Assembly (NCBI GenBank): GCA_963675595.2 | Contig: CAXXLZ010000002.1 | Coordinates: 3,712,001-3,776,000, forward strand | Reading direction: 5' to 3' | Source: Thermodesulfobacteriota bacterium | GTDB lineage: Bacteria > Desulfobacterota > Desulfarculia > JACQYL01 | Length of the DNA stretch: 64,000 nt | Shown: in pieces, positions 48,380-57,911 of the stretch | Numbering within the stretch: position 1 is the stretch's first letter | How the letters are laid out: each line of letters opens with the position of its first letter | Made by a program: the position numbers and the translations under genes | Notes under the pieces: generated by a model | Seen by the model: the letters and a program-made list of their open reading frames with translations, nothing else | The model's database searches: none | Told to the model about the DNA's origin: nothing

Positions 48380-48600
48380 AACCACTACCTCCTTCAATGT
48401 ATTTATGTTTACGATTGTGATTCGTTGTTCAAAGTAAAGCGTCTATATATCAGGAACCGCCTGCCGGAAACAAGATATTTTTGACGCGCTCATCTCGCAG
48501 GAAAGACCGTGAAACCTTAAGATGCCGGGTTCCCTGACGAGTCGCAGGCTTTCGAGGAAAAAGAAACAAAAACTCGATGAATAGTCTTATCCCCTCCCAT

Positions 48601-49044
48601 CTACTCGACTCCGGAGCTTGCTCCGGCCCGCTTCAGTATTTGGTCTCGGAGACCTTTGGGGTTACGGACCCCGTAAAGGACCCGAACTTCTCCTTGAGGA
48701 GATTTCAGGTGAACGGCCAAGTTGCCGATGCCGAGGGCGCTTTGGGTGAGTCCGCGCCGCAACTCCACCGAATCGATGTTCGCAAAGGGGATTTCTTCAT
48801 CCCGACCTCCGGGAATACCGTTATTGACGATCAAGACGCCGTCCGTCCAGGTGTAGGCGGTTGTCGACCTTCTCAATATCACGAAAGCTGCAATCAGGCC
48901 GCAGATTACCAGCCCTTCCGTCCTGTAGGGAGCGTATTGCGGGTTCACCTGGGGTCCCAAGAGGAACAGCGCGGCCGCAGTGTAGAACACAAAATAGCTT
49001 GACCAAGCGGGACGGATCGTGACGCTCGATTCCGAGGTGACCAT
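48601..49044 (-). CDS. Bacterial PH-domain membrane protein
   Basis: Two TM segments, then EEIPFANIDSVELRRGLTQSALGIGNL. Confidence 0.7.
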   Translation of the reverse strand: MVTSESSVTIRPAWSSYFVFYTAAALFLLGPQVNPQYAPYRTEGLVICGLIAAFVILRRSTTAYTWTDGVLIVNNGIPGGRDEEIPFANIDSVELRRGLTQSALGIGNLAVHLKSPQGEVRVLYGVRNPKGLRDQILKRAGASSGVE

Positions 49045-49068
49045 GCGTACTCACGTTGATGAACGGTT

Positions 49069-49782
49069 TTACTTGATTTTGGCTCGCAGCTTGGCCTGAT
49101 AGCCGTCGTAGACCCGGTCGATCAGGGCCAACAGCGACTTCCTGACCTCTTTGGTATCTGGAAGCTCAAGGGGTTTGGGTAGGTCGAGAGACTCCCATAC
49201 CACGGGGCGGATGATCATTTTGCTTTCCACCGACATGAGTTCTTCCGGAGTGAAATTCCCCCCCAGAAACTTCTGACGCTCGAGTTGCAGCACGTCCATA
49301 TTCTTGAGGAAGTGAATGATCGACAACAAATCAAACTCTTTGCGGAACCAGTCAACATTGGCGTTGGCCGCTTTGCAGTCTTCACAGAGTTCGTAATAGA
49401 GCTCTTTGTACCTACCCGCCCACATGACGAGTCGATCATAAGACTCCAAGACGATCCGCCTGTACTTGGCTCGAAAGGTGAATCCCCCAGCGGAAATGAG
49501 TCGGATCCGCCTCATGTCGAGATCGGATCCGAAGAATTCGAAAGGACGGATCCGCTCTACGCCGATGATGTTGATGAACTCTTTGATGTACGAAGGATCG
49601 ATCAGGAGCCCGAACATTCTGAGGAACCGCTTTCCCACCAAAGTGCGGTATTTCTTCGCGCGTTCGGTCCTTTCATGAAACTCCTGAAGCACCTCTTCGA
49701 CGACACGCCGATTCAGCAGGTAGTTTTCAACGACCTCCTGCTTTACGGCTTTAGTGAGGCCTAAAACAAAATCGTCTTCCAT
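49069..49782 (-). CDS. Hypothetical protein
   Basis: 237-aa ORF in operon context with host-like codon usage. Confidence 0.7.
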   Translation of the reverse strand: MEDDFVLGLTKAVKQEVVENYLLNRRVVEEVLQEFHERTERAKKYRTLVGKRFLRMFGLLIDPSYIKEFINIIGVERIRPFEFFGSDLDMRRIRLISAGGFTFRAKYRRIVLESYDRLVMWAGRYKELYYELCEDCKAANANVDWFRKEFDLLSIIHFLKNMDVLQLERQKFLGGNFTPEELMSVESKMIIRPVVWESLDLPKPLELPDTKEVRKSLLALIDRVYDGYQAKLRAKIK

Positions 49783-49861
49783 GACCGCATTCTTTCAAGC
49801 CCGAGGTTATTTATCAAGCACTGATTCCCCGTTTCAGCGGCGATTATCACGCGGAGCGGAC

Positions 49862-50797
49862 TCAGAAATGAAACAGATAAAGCCAAGCGTAATAAGTCGC
49901 CATGGAGCACAATGTGGTCAGTGAGACCATGTTTGCCGCCCACTGAGGATCACCGCCCAATTCCGCACCCATGACCACGGTTACGGTGGCCGTGGGCGCC
50001 GCCAGAAGCACCGTCGCCGTGGCCTGGGAGAGCGGGGGCGCGTCGCCCATCCAGAACAGAAGGGTGCCGGCCGCGGGGAGTAACACCAGCTTGAACATTA
50101 AACAGATCGCGGCCAACGGCGCCGTACCGGAGAGAGCCCCCAAAGACAAGGTCGCTCCGATGATCAGCAGGGCCAAAGGGAGGGCCATGCCGGCGATCAT
50201 CTCCATGCTTCGCTTCAGGACATCCGGCAAAGGCAAGCTGAATAAGGAGAAAGCAACCCCAAGCACCAGGGCAATGATCACGGGGTTGAGCAGCACGGGT
50301 TTGAAAAGCCTCAACAGACCGGGACGGCGGTTCTTGCCGGAGGCGCCGAGTCGGGTCAGGATGAGAATGGAAAACACGTTCTGGATAAGGATCAGAATCG
50401 CCATCATGAAAGCGGCGGCGGTAAGTCCGCGGTCCCCATAAACATAGTAGATCACTGCGACACCGACGTAGCCTATGTTGCCGTGCACGCCGGTCTGAAT
50501 GAAACTCGCCCTGGTTTTCTGCAAATTCGGCCCTTTGAGGAGGAACCCGGAAAGGACGATAACCGAAATCGCCGCGGCGAGGAAGGCTGCGAGTATGCAT
50601 AACGCGCTCATCAGATGGAACGCTTCACGAAAAGGTGCCTGGGCGACTTTCAAGAAAACGAGAAACGGAATGGCAAAGTAATAGATCAGGCGATTTGCGG
50701 GAGCGACGAAGGCGGTGGGAATGAATCCCAGTCGCTTTCCGGCGACGCCCAGGAACATGACCAGAAAAACCGGTGCTATGCGTAGAAAGAGTTCCAA
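49862..50797 (-). CDS. AEC (auxin efflux carrier) family transporter
   Basis: About 10 TM segments; GNIGYVG, LNPVIIA, PLALLIIG and APTA motifs. Confidence 0.88.
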   Translation of the reverse strand: MELFLRIAPVFLVMFLGVAGKRLGFIPTAFVAPANRLIYYFAIPFLVFLKVAQAPFREAFHLMSALCILAAFLAAAISVIVLSGFLLKGPNLQKTRASFIQTGVHGNIGYVGVAVIYYVYGDRGLTAAAFMMAILILIQNVFSILILTRLGASGKNRRPGLLRLFKPVLLNPVIIALVLGVAFSLFSLPLPDVLKRSMEMIAGMALPLALLIIGATLSLGALSGTAPLAAICLMFKLVLLPAAGTLLFWMGDAPPLSQATATVLLAAPTATVTVVMGAELGGDPQWAANMVSLTTLCSMATYYAWLYLFHF

Positions 50798-51124
50798 CTT
50801 CTCGCTCGCGTGAAGTGATCATCGGTAGGAAAGTCCCCGACCTTCTTCCAAAGGAATGCATCGTATATTCCCCGAAGGGGGGCTTGTCAAATGCAAGAGC
50901 CGGCTTGATGTGGGGTCGGCTTCTCCGAGCGGAATGATGGGAATGAACCGATGGATCAACGAAAGCCGCGGGAAAGGTCGGTGAAAACCTTGGCAGAGCT
51001 CGTGTCCGGATTCCCCGCGCGATCCACGGGCAAATCCCCGCGATGTGGGAATGAGAGATAACTTCGTGAGAAGTCGTGTATGACGGCTTATGAAATCCGT
51101 TGTGGCGGGGGCGTTTCACATGAA

Positions 51125-51559
51125 CTAAAGGGATCCATAGTCCCCACGATCCAGCTTCATGCGTTCTCTCGCGGCCGTCACGGTCATTTCCTGCGTCAGA
51201 ACCTTCAAAGGCGGCGTGAGGGACAAGGATTGTCTGCTGAGGCTCAGGAGTTGATCGTCAAGTTTCCGAAGGGTGCGATCAAGATCGACGGCGGTCTTCG
51301 TGGGATTCAACAGCTCTTCGCGGTACTCTTCCATGGTGTGAAGCACAAGCTCCGCCTGCAAAAGCGCGGGCTGTTCCTGTGCGGTCGTCGCGGAAACGGC
51401 TTCCGTCCTGCCGGCAGGCGCTGCGGCACGGATGTCCTCTTTCCGGGAACTCTGCAGACCCGTTAAGACGTCCTTAAAGGTCCGGGAATTTTGCTCTTTC
51501 ACTTTGGACCTCTGGTGTGTGGTTTCTCCGGCAACCAAGTTTGAATTGATGACCACCAT
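51125..51559 (-). CDS. Hypothetical protein
   Basis: GGAGG RBS; ends ERMKLDRGDY; preceded by a sigma54-type promoter. Confidence 0.65.
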   Translation of the reverse strand: MVVINSNLVAGETTHQRSKVKEQNSRTFKDVLTGLQSSRKEDIRAAAPAGRTEAVSATTAQEQPALLQAELVLHTMEEYREELLNPTKTAVDLDRTLRKLDDQLLSLSRQSLSLTPPLKVLTQEMTVTAARERMKLDRGDYGSL

Positions 51560-51608
51560 GAATCCTCCGCTGGACGGGAAAGGTACGAATGCTTTGAACT
51601 TTACATTT

Positions 51609-51624
51609 AGCAAGATTCGAGCCA
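51609..51624 (-). promoter_or_regulatory. Sigma54 promoter
   Basis: Minus strand TGGCTCGAATCTTGCT (GG-N10-GC). Confidence 0.7.
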
Positions 51625-51767
51625 GGGAATAGGGAGGCGGAAACCGTTGGGAATCAGTGATGAACTGCGCTGGGAGTGCGTTGGGACCCCTTACAGGTGG
51701 GCGAGAAATAACCGGGAGGGAGGCAGTTTTTTCGCTATCGGGCCAATGTCGTGGTCGGTGAGGTGAG

Positions 51768-52424
51768 TCACCACGGTGACAGCCGTCCGTCTCTCAGCGT
51801 CATTCCATCCGTGGCCGTTCGCGACAAGAAATCTCGGTGGTGGGACACGATGATCATGGCGATGGGTAGGTGGATGAGAATATTCGTAAGCCGGTCCAAA
51901 GTGTTTTCGTCCAGCCCTGAATCCGGTTCGTCCAGAAGGAGGACGTCCGGCTGCATGGCCATGACCGCGGCAAGAGACACGAGTCGCTTTTCGCCGCCGG
52001 ACAGCCGATGGGTGATGCGTTCTTCGTAGCCGTGCAGCCCCAGGGCGTCGAGAGCGGTGTGCGCGGCCTCGAGCGCTTCTTCCCTGCTCTTCCCCAGGTT
52101 CAAAGGGCCGAAGCTCACGTCTTCGATCACGCTCGGAGAAAATAACTGATCTTCCGCGTCCTGAAACAGTAATTGCACCCGTTTTCTTACCTGGAAGAAA
52201 TCGGTTTCCGTGCTGCACGGACGATCAAAGACTTCCACCGACCCTGAAACGGGACGGAGCAGCCCAACGATCAAGTGAAGGATGGTCGTCTTGCCTCCCC
52301 CCGTGGCGCCCGCCAAGCCCAGGCGTTGTCCCGGAAGCAATTCGAGATCAAGGCGGTCCAGAACCCATTTCCCGGGTTCATAGCCGAAGCGGATTTGGGA
52401 GAGTCGTATCAGGGGGTCGTTCAA
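51768..52424 (-). CDS. cbiO: ECF Co/Ni transporter ATPase
   Basis: GATGGGKT, FQDAEDQLF, LSGGEKR and LDEP motifs; probable TTG start overlapping the cbiQ stop. Confidence 0.88.
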   Translation of the reverse strand: MNDPLIRLSQIRFGYEPGKWVLDRLDLELLPGQRLGLAGATGGGKTTILHLIVGLLRPVSGSVEVFDRPCSTETDFFQVRKRVQLLFQDAEDQLFSPSVIEDVSFGPLNLGKSREEALEAAHTALDALGLHGYEERITHRLSGGEKRLVSLAAVMAMQPDVLLLDEPDSGLDENTLDRLTNILIHLPIAMIIVSHHRDFLSRTATDGMTLRDGRLSPW

Positions 52425-53170
52425 AACCAGTCCTTCCAGACCAAGGTCGTGAACACTAAAAGGGCGGAAGCGGAGAAGATGAGGTCCGCGCGAGAAAGCG
52501 TGAAATTCTCCAGTACGTAGAATTTGCCTTGAAATCCCCTGCACTTCATGGCGGCGAGAATGCGATGAGATCGGTCGAAACTTTTCACCATGAGCATGGC
52601 CACCAGATAGGCCAGGCTGCGATATGTATGAAGGTTCATGCGTGGATGGAAACACCTCATTTTCATGGCGGTGAGCAATCTGCGGTACTCGTGTTCAAGC
52701 ACGTCGATGTAGCGAACGGTGAAAAGGAAAAGGTGCGTCAGTTTATCCGGAACGTGCAAACGGCTCAAGGCATGGCCAAGCTTTACGGCATCCATGGTGG
52801 CCATGAAAAACGTCATGAGGAGCACGACGGCATTGCCTTTGACCGCGATGAGCAGGGCCTGAGTCAGTCCTTCCCGAGTATAGGAAAGGAAGCCCCATTG
52901 AAAAATAGGGGTCCCCGGAGCAGAGAGCGGAAGGACGAGTACCAACAGAACCATGAACACGTTCACTTCCTTAAGCCTTCGGGCTACCATGGGCAAAGGG
53001 AGGCGACACGCGGAGATGAGGAGAAGCGAGAACACCAGGCAGAAAACGGGAACGGCGAAGGAGGGGCTGATGGCCGCAGCAAAGGAAAATATGAACGCGC
53101 AGACGATGCGTACCCGTGGGTCGAGCCTGTGTACAAAGGAGTCACCGCGAAGAAAATGATCACAAGCCAC
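52421..53170 (-). CDS. cbiQ: ECF Co/Ni transporter T component
   Basis: HRLDPRV, TVRYI, AMKMRCF and AMKCRGF motifs. Confidence 0.9.
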   Translation of the reverse strand: MACDHFLRGDSFVHRLDPRVRIVCAFIFSFAAAISPSFAVPVFCLVFSLLLISACRLPLPMVARRLKEVNVFMVLLVLVLPLSAPGTPIFQWGFLSYTREGLTQALLIAVKGNAVVLLMTFFMATMDAVKLGHALSRLHVPDKLTHLFLFTVRYIDVLEHEYRRLLTAMKMRCFHPRMNLHTYRSLAYLVAMLMVKSFDRSHRILAAMKCRGFQGKFYVLENFTLSRADLIFSASALLVFTTLVWKDWF

Positions 53171-53171
53171 G

Positions 53172-53774
53172 TTATGCTCGTTTTCTGCTGTTGATGTAGA
53201 AAACCACTCCCGCCAAACCGAAAAGATATCCGATACCGCCCAGGATATCGTGAAGCCTTACCCGGTTCTCGTAACGTTCGATTTGTTCCCGCAGGGGGAC
53301 GATCTGTTTGGCAACGATTTTTTCCAGGGCCGAGGCTTGTATGACCCCTCCGGAATTGACCGGTGCCTTGGACTCAACTACGGCGTTTGGGGCTGAGGCC
53401 TTTTCCGAGGCTTCAGTGATTTCCGGCGCGGATGAATCGGCCGTTTCCGGGACTCCGAGTTCTTCGGCTGAAAGGGTGTATTCCGCCGCATGGCCGTCCC
53501 CGAGATCGGCCACAATGTGATGCGCGACGACGGCGGAAGTTTCGAAGGTGAATTCGCCTTGACCGTTGGTGGTCGTCCGACCGAGAAGGGTTCCATCGGG
53601 AGCCTCAAACCGAACGGAAACATTTTGGGCTCGCCCCCCACCGGGAAAATAGACGTATCCGGATATGGTTTTCCCTTCAGCCCAAGCGAAAAGATTGACT
53701 TTATGGGCCAGGCCGGTGGTAACGACCAGGCAGAGAGACAGCATCAGCGCTGCGGCAGTGAAATTTCTAAGCAT
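53172..53774 (-). CDS. CbiL/NikL-like accessory component
   Basis: AHKVNLFA, GDGH and DILGGIGYLFG motifs; lies between cbiM and cbiQ. Confidence 0.8.
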   Translation of the reverse strand: MLRNFTAAALMLSLCLVVTTGLAHKVNLFAWAEGKTISGYVYFPGGGRAQNVSVRFEAPDGTLLGRTTTNGQGEFTFETSAVVAHHIVADLGDGHAAEYTLSAEELGVPETADSSAPEITEASEKASAPNAVVESKAPVNSGGVIQASALEKIVAKQIVPLREQIERYENRVRLHDILGGIGYLFGLAGVVFYINSRKRA

Positions 53775-54402
53775 ATGCGGGCCCCTTGATGCTTGACGCG
53801 ATCGGAGCTTCCAGGATTTCAGGCCGAACCTTGCGGAGGAAGACCACCGCGGAACCCGTAATTAGTCCTTCAATTACCATGACGGGGAGATGGGCGACAA
53901 CGATCAATTTGACCACCGTGACAAAATTTCCGCTGGAAGCCAACAGCGAAAGCCCCACCAGGACTGCGCCCAGGGCGATTCCGGTCACGCCCGCCGCCGC
54001 GCCCATCCAGAACGCAATTTTGAGGGGTCGGTTTCGGATCATGCTTCCATAAAGGTAGTAACAGAGTACGCCTGGAGCGGCCATGAGCACGGTGTTCACA
54101 CCCAACGCGGTCAGGCCGCCGAAGCCGAACAACAAGGCCTGGAGGAACAGGGCCACGAGCAGGGCCGGAAAGGCGGCCCAACCCAGCATTACTCCGCACA
54201 GGCCGTTGAGAATGAGGTGAACGCTGGACGGTCCGATGGGAACGTGAACCAGCGAGGCGACAAAAAATGCCGAAGACATGACCGCCACCTGCGGTACCCG
54301 GTCATAGTCCATCTTCTTAAGACCCACGGCCACTCCCGCGGCGGCCAGAACCGCTCCTCCCAAAAGAACTTGTGACGCGAGGGCTCCCTCGGCTACATGC
54401 AT
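53767..54402 (-). CDS. cbiM: ECF Co/Ni transporter S component
   Basis: N-terminal MHVAEG, SSVHL and GGLTALGVN motifs. Confidence 0.92.
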   Translation of the reverse strand: MHVAEGALASQVLLGGAVLAAAGVAVGLKKMDYDRVPQVAVMSSAFFVASLVHVPIGPSSVHLILNGLCGVMLGWAAFPALLVALFLQALLFGFGGLTALGVNTVLMAAPGVLCYYLYGSMIRNRPLKIAFWMGAAAGVTGIALGAVLVGLSLLASSGNFVTVVKLIVVAHLPVMVIEGLITGSAVVFLRKVRPEILEAPIASSIKGPAYA

Positions 54403-54436
54403 TCGGCGTACCTCCCGAACTTGTTGGAAGTCTCAA

Positions 54437-54559
54437 CAGGCTGGTAGAAAATGCGATCCGCGAAGTTGCGCTTCATCCCCCGTCACTGCGGCGTGCTCTA
54501 TGCTCGCCTTATCCTTCGGGATCTGTGCGCCCTGCAGGTCATCATTTCTTAGCATCCTG
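54437..54559. mobile_element. MITE-like intergenic element (~123 bp)
   Basis: Imperfect terminal inverted repeats CAGGCTGGTAGAAAATG / CATTTCTTAGCATCCTG around an internally palindromic core; no ORF. Confidence 0.5.
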
Positions 54560-54714
54560 CGGCAACCGGACTCTTTCAACGAACTGCAGCAAAAGACTGC
54601 GGGCGTTCCGGTCGGTCGAACATTTTGCCGGGCGAAGCGCGGTGCGCCGTCGCCCGGTGACAAAGCTGTGTTGAAACGAGTGGATCATCAAACCATTCCG
54701 GAAGCTCCGGAGCG

Positions 54715-55506
54715 CTATTTCATATCCACCGTATGGACCCAGATCAGAGCGCCGAGTTCGACGCCCACCGGCTTGCCTTCAGGGTTCTTGATCTCTTTGT
54801 CGCCTTCCAGCAGGGCGGCGAAGGACCACCAGCCCGCCCTGGGCATGGCATAGGAAAAGACGCCGTTTATGTCGGCTTTGATTACCTGGGTGACAAAGGG
54901 GTCCGCCGGCACGGCGACCTTGCCTCCCGGGTTCAGATATTCCACTTCCACTTCGGCGAAGGGTGCGGGTTTTCCGTTTTGAATGACGACCCCCCGGAAA
55001 AGGTTCCCGGTCCACAGGCCGTAAGGACGCACCAGGGGTTGAATCTCCACGGGGAAGCCCACCATGTCGTCCCACCCTGACTCCGCGCCCATGGCGTCCA
55101 CCACTACCTTGGTGTAGTGAATGATCATGACGCCTTCCGCGGGTTCCCAGTAGGGCGCGGGTTCGATGTAAAACACGTAGTCCGACGGCCTCTTTACCTT
55201 GAAAGAGCTCTTGTAGGCCGTCTTACCGTCCACTTTGACGGCCTTCAGGTCATTCTTGAGATCATGCTTCTTGCCGTCGTACAAAACCCCGAACTGGACC
55301 GGCGCTCCCATTTCCATTACCGGTCCGTCGTCCATGGGATGGGTGAACACAATATCCAGGTCCACGGTTTTCGGTCCATCGGCGGTGACGATGTCCGTGG
55401 AGGGTACCAGAACCTGGAAATGGGCCTGAGCCGTACAAACGGAAAACAGAAACAAGGCGACGGTCGCGAAGATGAATCGGATGGGGTTTCTTGATATCAG
55501 AGACAT
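54715..55506 (-). CDS. DUF4198 periplasmic Ni/Co-uptake protein
   Basis: Signal peptide ending AQA-HFQ; FTHP, PYWEPAE, RPYGLW and GWWSFAAL motifs. Confidence 0.85.
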   Translation of the reverse strand: MSLISRNPIRFIFATVALFLFSVCTAQAHFQVLVPSTDIVTADGPKTVDLDIVFTHPMDDGPVMEMGAPVQFGVLYDGKKHDLKNDLKAVKVDGKTAYKSSFKVKRPSDYVFYIEPAPYWEPAEGVMIIHYTKVVVDAMGAESGWDDMVGFPVEIQPLVRPYGLWTGNLFRGVVIQNGKPAPFAEVEVEYLNPGGKVAVPADPFVTQVIKADINGVFSYAMPRAGWWSFAALLEGDKEIKNPEGKPVGVELGALIWVHTVDMK

Positions 55507-55588
55507 CTGTGTTCTCCTTTTTTCTATTCATTGGGTTCAAGGGGGCGGCGGATTTCGGCCCGGTTTGAATGCCGTTGCCGAAGAGTGC

Positions 55589-56851
55589 TTAAAATTCAAC
55601 GGCAAGTTGGCTCGTGAACATGTCCCGACTGTCCAGAGCGTCGTCGTTGTCGTCGAACTCGCCGTGCAGGTATTCAATGGACCAGGTGGTCCCGGGATAC
55701 AACTCGTAGGCGAACGCCGCACCGTACTGGCTTTCGGGCAGAAGCGCGTAAAGGTCCTTGGTCCCTTCGTACTTGACCGCCACCTGGAATCGTTCCAGGA
55801 ATTGATAGGCCAACTCGAAGTTCCACGCTGCCGGCCTGGGCTTCTTTTCGGTATCATCCAACACCGCGAACCCGAGCTCTCCGCGTTCAAATTCGGACAG
55901 CGCGGTAAGGTACTCTCCCGCGAGGGAGAAATCGCCCACATTGATGGTGGCGAATACCGAGATTCCTCCCACCAAGTCCTTGAGGGTGTCCACGGCGACC
56001 TCCTCTTGGAGTGTATCCGTGTCCGCCATGTTGCTGAGGTATCCAACCCCGGCGTTGACCTGGAATGGTCCCAATGAACCTTCCGGATTGAACACCTGGA
56101 CATTGGCCCAGAAGCTGTTCAGGTGGTCGTTCTCTTCGGTGGAGACTTCGCCGTTGAACACGCCCGCGGCGGCGTAAGCCCAAGGGCCTGAATACCCTAT
56201 GGCAACGGCGCTTTGCTGGAGTTCACCCAATTCCAATGTCAGGGGGTCCGAAATGAAGTAGCTGTCGAAGTTGCCGAAATGAGGATAGAATCGACCGCCC
56301 ACGAGGAAGAATGGGAAGTTCGCGGCTCCTCCCAAGGTGATGGTTCCCTCGTCCACGAGCAGGCCTTCACTCTCATCCTCTTCCCAGAGCAGGATCATGT
56401 GGGCGTTGACGTATTCATGGATTTGAGCATCGAATTCAAGTTGGGCGGTCGCCAAGGTGATATCGCTGCTCTCCTCATCCTTTTCTCCGCCTTTTTTGTT
56501 CAACTTGGTATAGTTGGCCTCCACTTCGAGAATTCCGTTAATGGAAACCCTCTGCATGATTTCGTCCAACACGCTTCCGAACTCTTGATGCTTTTTGCCC
56601 AATTCTTTCAAATGTTCGGTAAGTCGCTGATTTTCTTCCCTTATTTGTTTATATCCGCCATCCTGAGTCTGACGACTCTCCTGTGTTCTCTGTTCCAAGA
56701 TTTGCTCAAGTTGTTTCACGCGCTCCTGCAACGCCCTCAGTTCTCTTAAGACCTCGTCGTCGGACATCTGAGCCTGAGCGTAGGCCGGAATGGACAACGA
56801 CATCACCAGCAGGATTGAGAGCGCGCCGAACAGACAATTCCGCAATCGCAT
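55589..56851 (-). CDS. LbtU-like outer-membrane porin with N-terminal coiled coil
   Basis: Signal peptide, coiled coil, LLWEED, FISDPLTLELGE and C-terminal QLAVEF. Confidence 0.8.
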   Translation of the reverse strand: MRLRNCLFGALSILLVMSLSIPAYAQAQMSDDEVLRELRALQERVKQLEQILEQRTQESRQTQDGGYKQIREENQRLTEHLKELGKKHQEFGSVLDEIMQRVSINGILEVEANYTKLNKKGGEKDEESSDITLATAQLEFDAQIHEYVNAHMILLWEEDESEGLLVDEGTITLGGAANFPFFLVGGRFYPHFGNFDSYFISDPLTLELGELQQSAVAIGYSGPWAYAAAGVFNGEVSTEENDHLNSFWANVQVFNPEGSLGPFQVNAGVGYLSNMADTDTLQEEVAVDTLKDLVGGISVFATINVGDFSLAGEYLTALSEFERGELGFAVLDDTEKKPRPAAWNFELAYQFLERFQVAVKYEGTKDLYALLPESQYGAAFAYELYPGTTWSIEYLHGEFDDNDDALDSRDMFTSQLAVEF

Positions 56852-56911
56852 GATGATTCTACTCCTTTCCTGATACCGGAGAAGCTTTCACCGTCGTCCC
56901 ATGAAGACGAC

Positions 56912-56957
56912 AAAAAAAAGCCTCGAAGGTTTCCTTCTGGAAAGATGCCTTCGTGGC
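56912..56957 (-). terminator. Intrinsic terminator inside the leader of the porin-cbi operon (attenuator)
   Basis: Minus strand GCCACGAAGG...CCTTCGAGGC-T8, about 60 nt before the start codon. Confidence 0.7.
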
Positions 56958-57078
56958 CTTGGAGCTTCGTTCGTATATTCGGGCAAAACGGGAAAGCCCG
57001 CAGGGGCTTAATGAGTCGCACCGCCGAGGCGGCAGCCGGGTTCTCCTGGCAAAGAGCTTTCAAAGCTCAATTAACGCC

Positions 57079-57108
57079 ATATCAAACAGAATCGGAAGAA
57101 TTTGTCAA
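57079..57108 (-). promoter_or_regulatory. Sigma70 promoter of the porin-cbi operon
   Basis: Minus strand TTGACA-N18-TGATAT. Confidence 0.5.
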
Positions 57109-57236
57109 CCGGGTTTTTTCTGGGAAATCACGACCCTTGTCTCCGGTTCCGGTGTAATCTCAAAGAATCCGTTCCGACTCACCAAGGGGATGTGCTAAAC
57201 TCCGGCCCGTACGGTCGGCAACGTTTTCTTCACAAC

Positions 57237-57911
57237 ATGGATGAGGGATGCGTGTTTGTAACGTTCGAGGGCATTGACGGCGCCGGTAAGACCACGCAGG
57301 TTCGGCTGCTGGAAAACGCGTTGAAACGAAAGGGAATCCCCGTGCTTTGCACACGGGAGCCCGGGGGGACGGCTATGGGAGCGGCGATTCGATCGCTGTT
57401 GCTGGACTCGGGGCCCGACGAGCCGGTGATCGAGGCCGAGCTGTTTCTGATGCTCGCGGATCGGGCTCAACACGTGCGGAAAGTCGTTCTGCCCGCACTG
57501 AAGAACGGTGCTTGGGTGATTTCCGATCGTTTCTCGGACGCCACACCGGCTTACCAGGGGTATGGAAGAGGTTTGGACCTTGCCTTTCTGGTCCGTATGA
57601 ACTCATTGGCGACCGGAGGCCTGGAGCCCTCGCTGACCTTTCTTTTGGACTGCTCGGAAAAAACCGCCGTGCGGCGGATTCGGCAGAGACTGGGAGCTCT
57701 CGTCGGCGAGCGGGAAGGGGGACGCTTTGATCTGGAATCCGCGGCCTTTTTTCGAAGAGTGAGAGAAGGGTACTTGGCCTTATCCGGATCGGACAAAAGA
57801 AACCGGTTCCGAGTCATGGATGCGGAACGATCTCCGGAGGAACTTCATCGGCGCATTCTTGAATTCGTCGAAGAGTTGATGGAAGGCGGCGCATGGCCTT
57901 CGAGCAGGTGA
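57237..57911 (+). CDS. tmk: Thymidylate kinase
   Basis: FEGIDGAGKTTQ, TREPGGT, DRF and AYQGYGRG motifs. Confidence 0.96.
   Translation: MDEGCVFVTFEGIDGAGKTTQVRLLENALKRKGIPVLCTREPGGTAMGAAIRSLLLDSGPDEPVIEAELFLMLADRAQHVRKVVLPALKNGAWVISDRFSDATPAYQGYGRGLDLAFLVRMNSLATGGLEPSLTFLLDCSEKTAVRRIRQRLGALVGEREGGRFDLESAAFFRRVREGYLALSGSDKRNRFRVMDAERSPEELHRRILEFVEELMEGGAWPSSR

Noticed and set aside
56981-57046. c-di-GMP-I (GEMM)-like words GGGCAAA..GAAA..GGCAGCCGGGTT on the + strand
   Set aside because: The central GACGCAAAG element is missing, and the orientation is opposite to the operon with the leader terminator.
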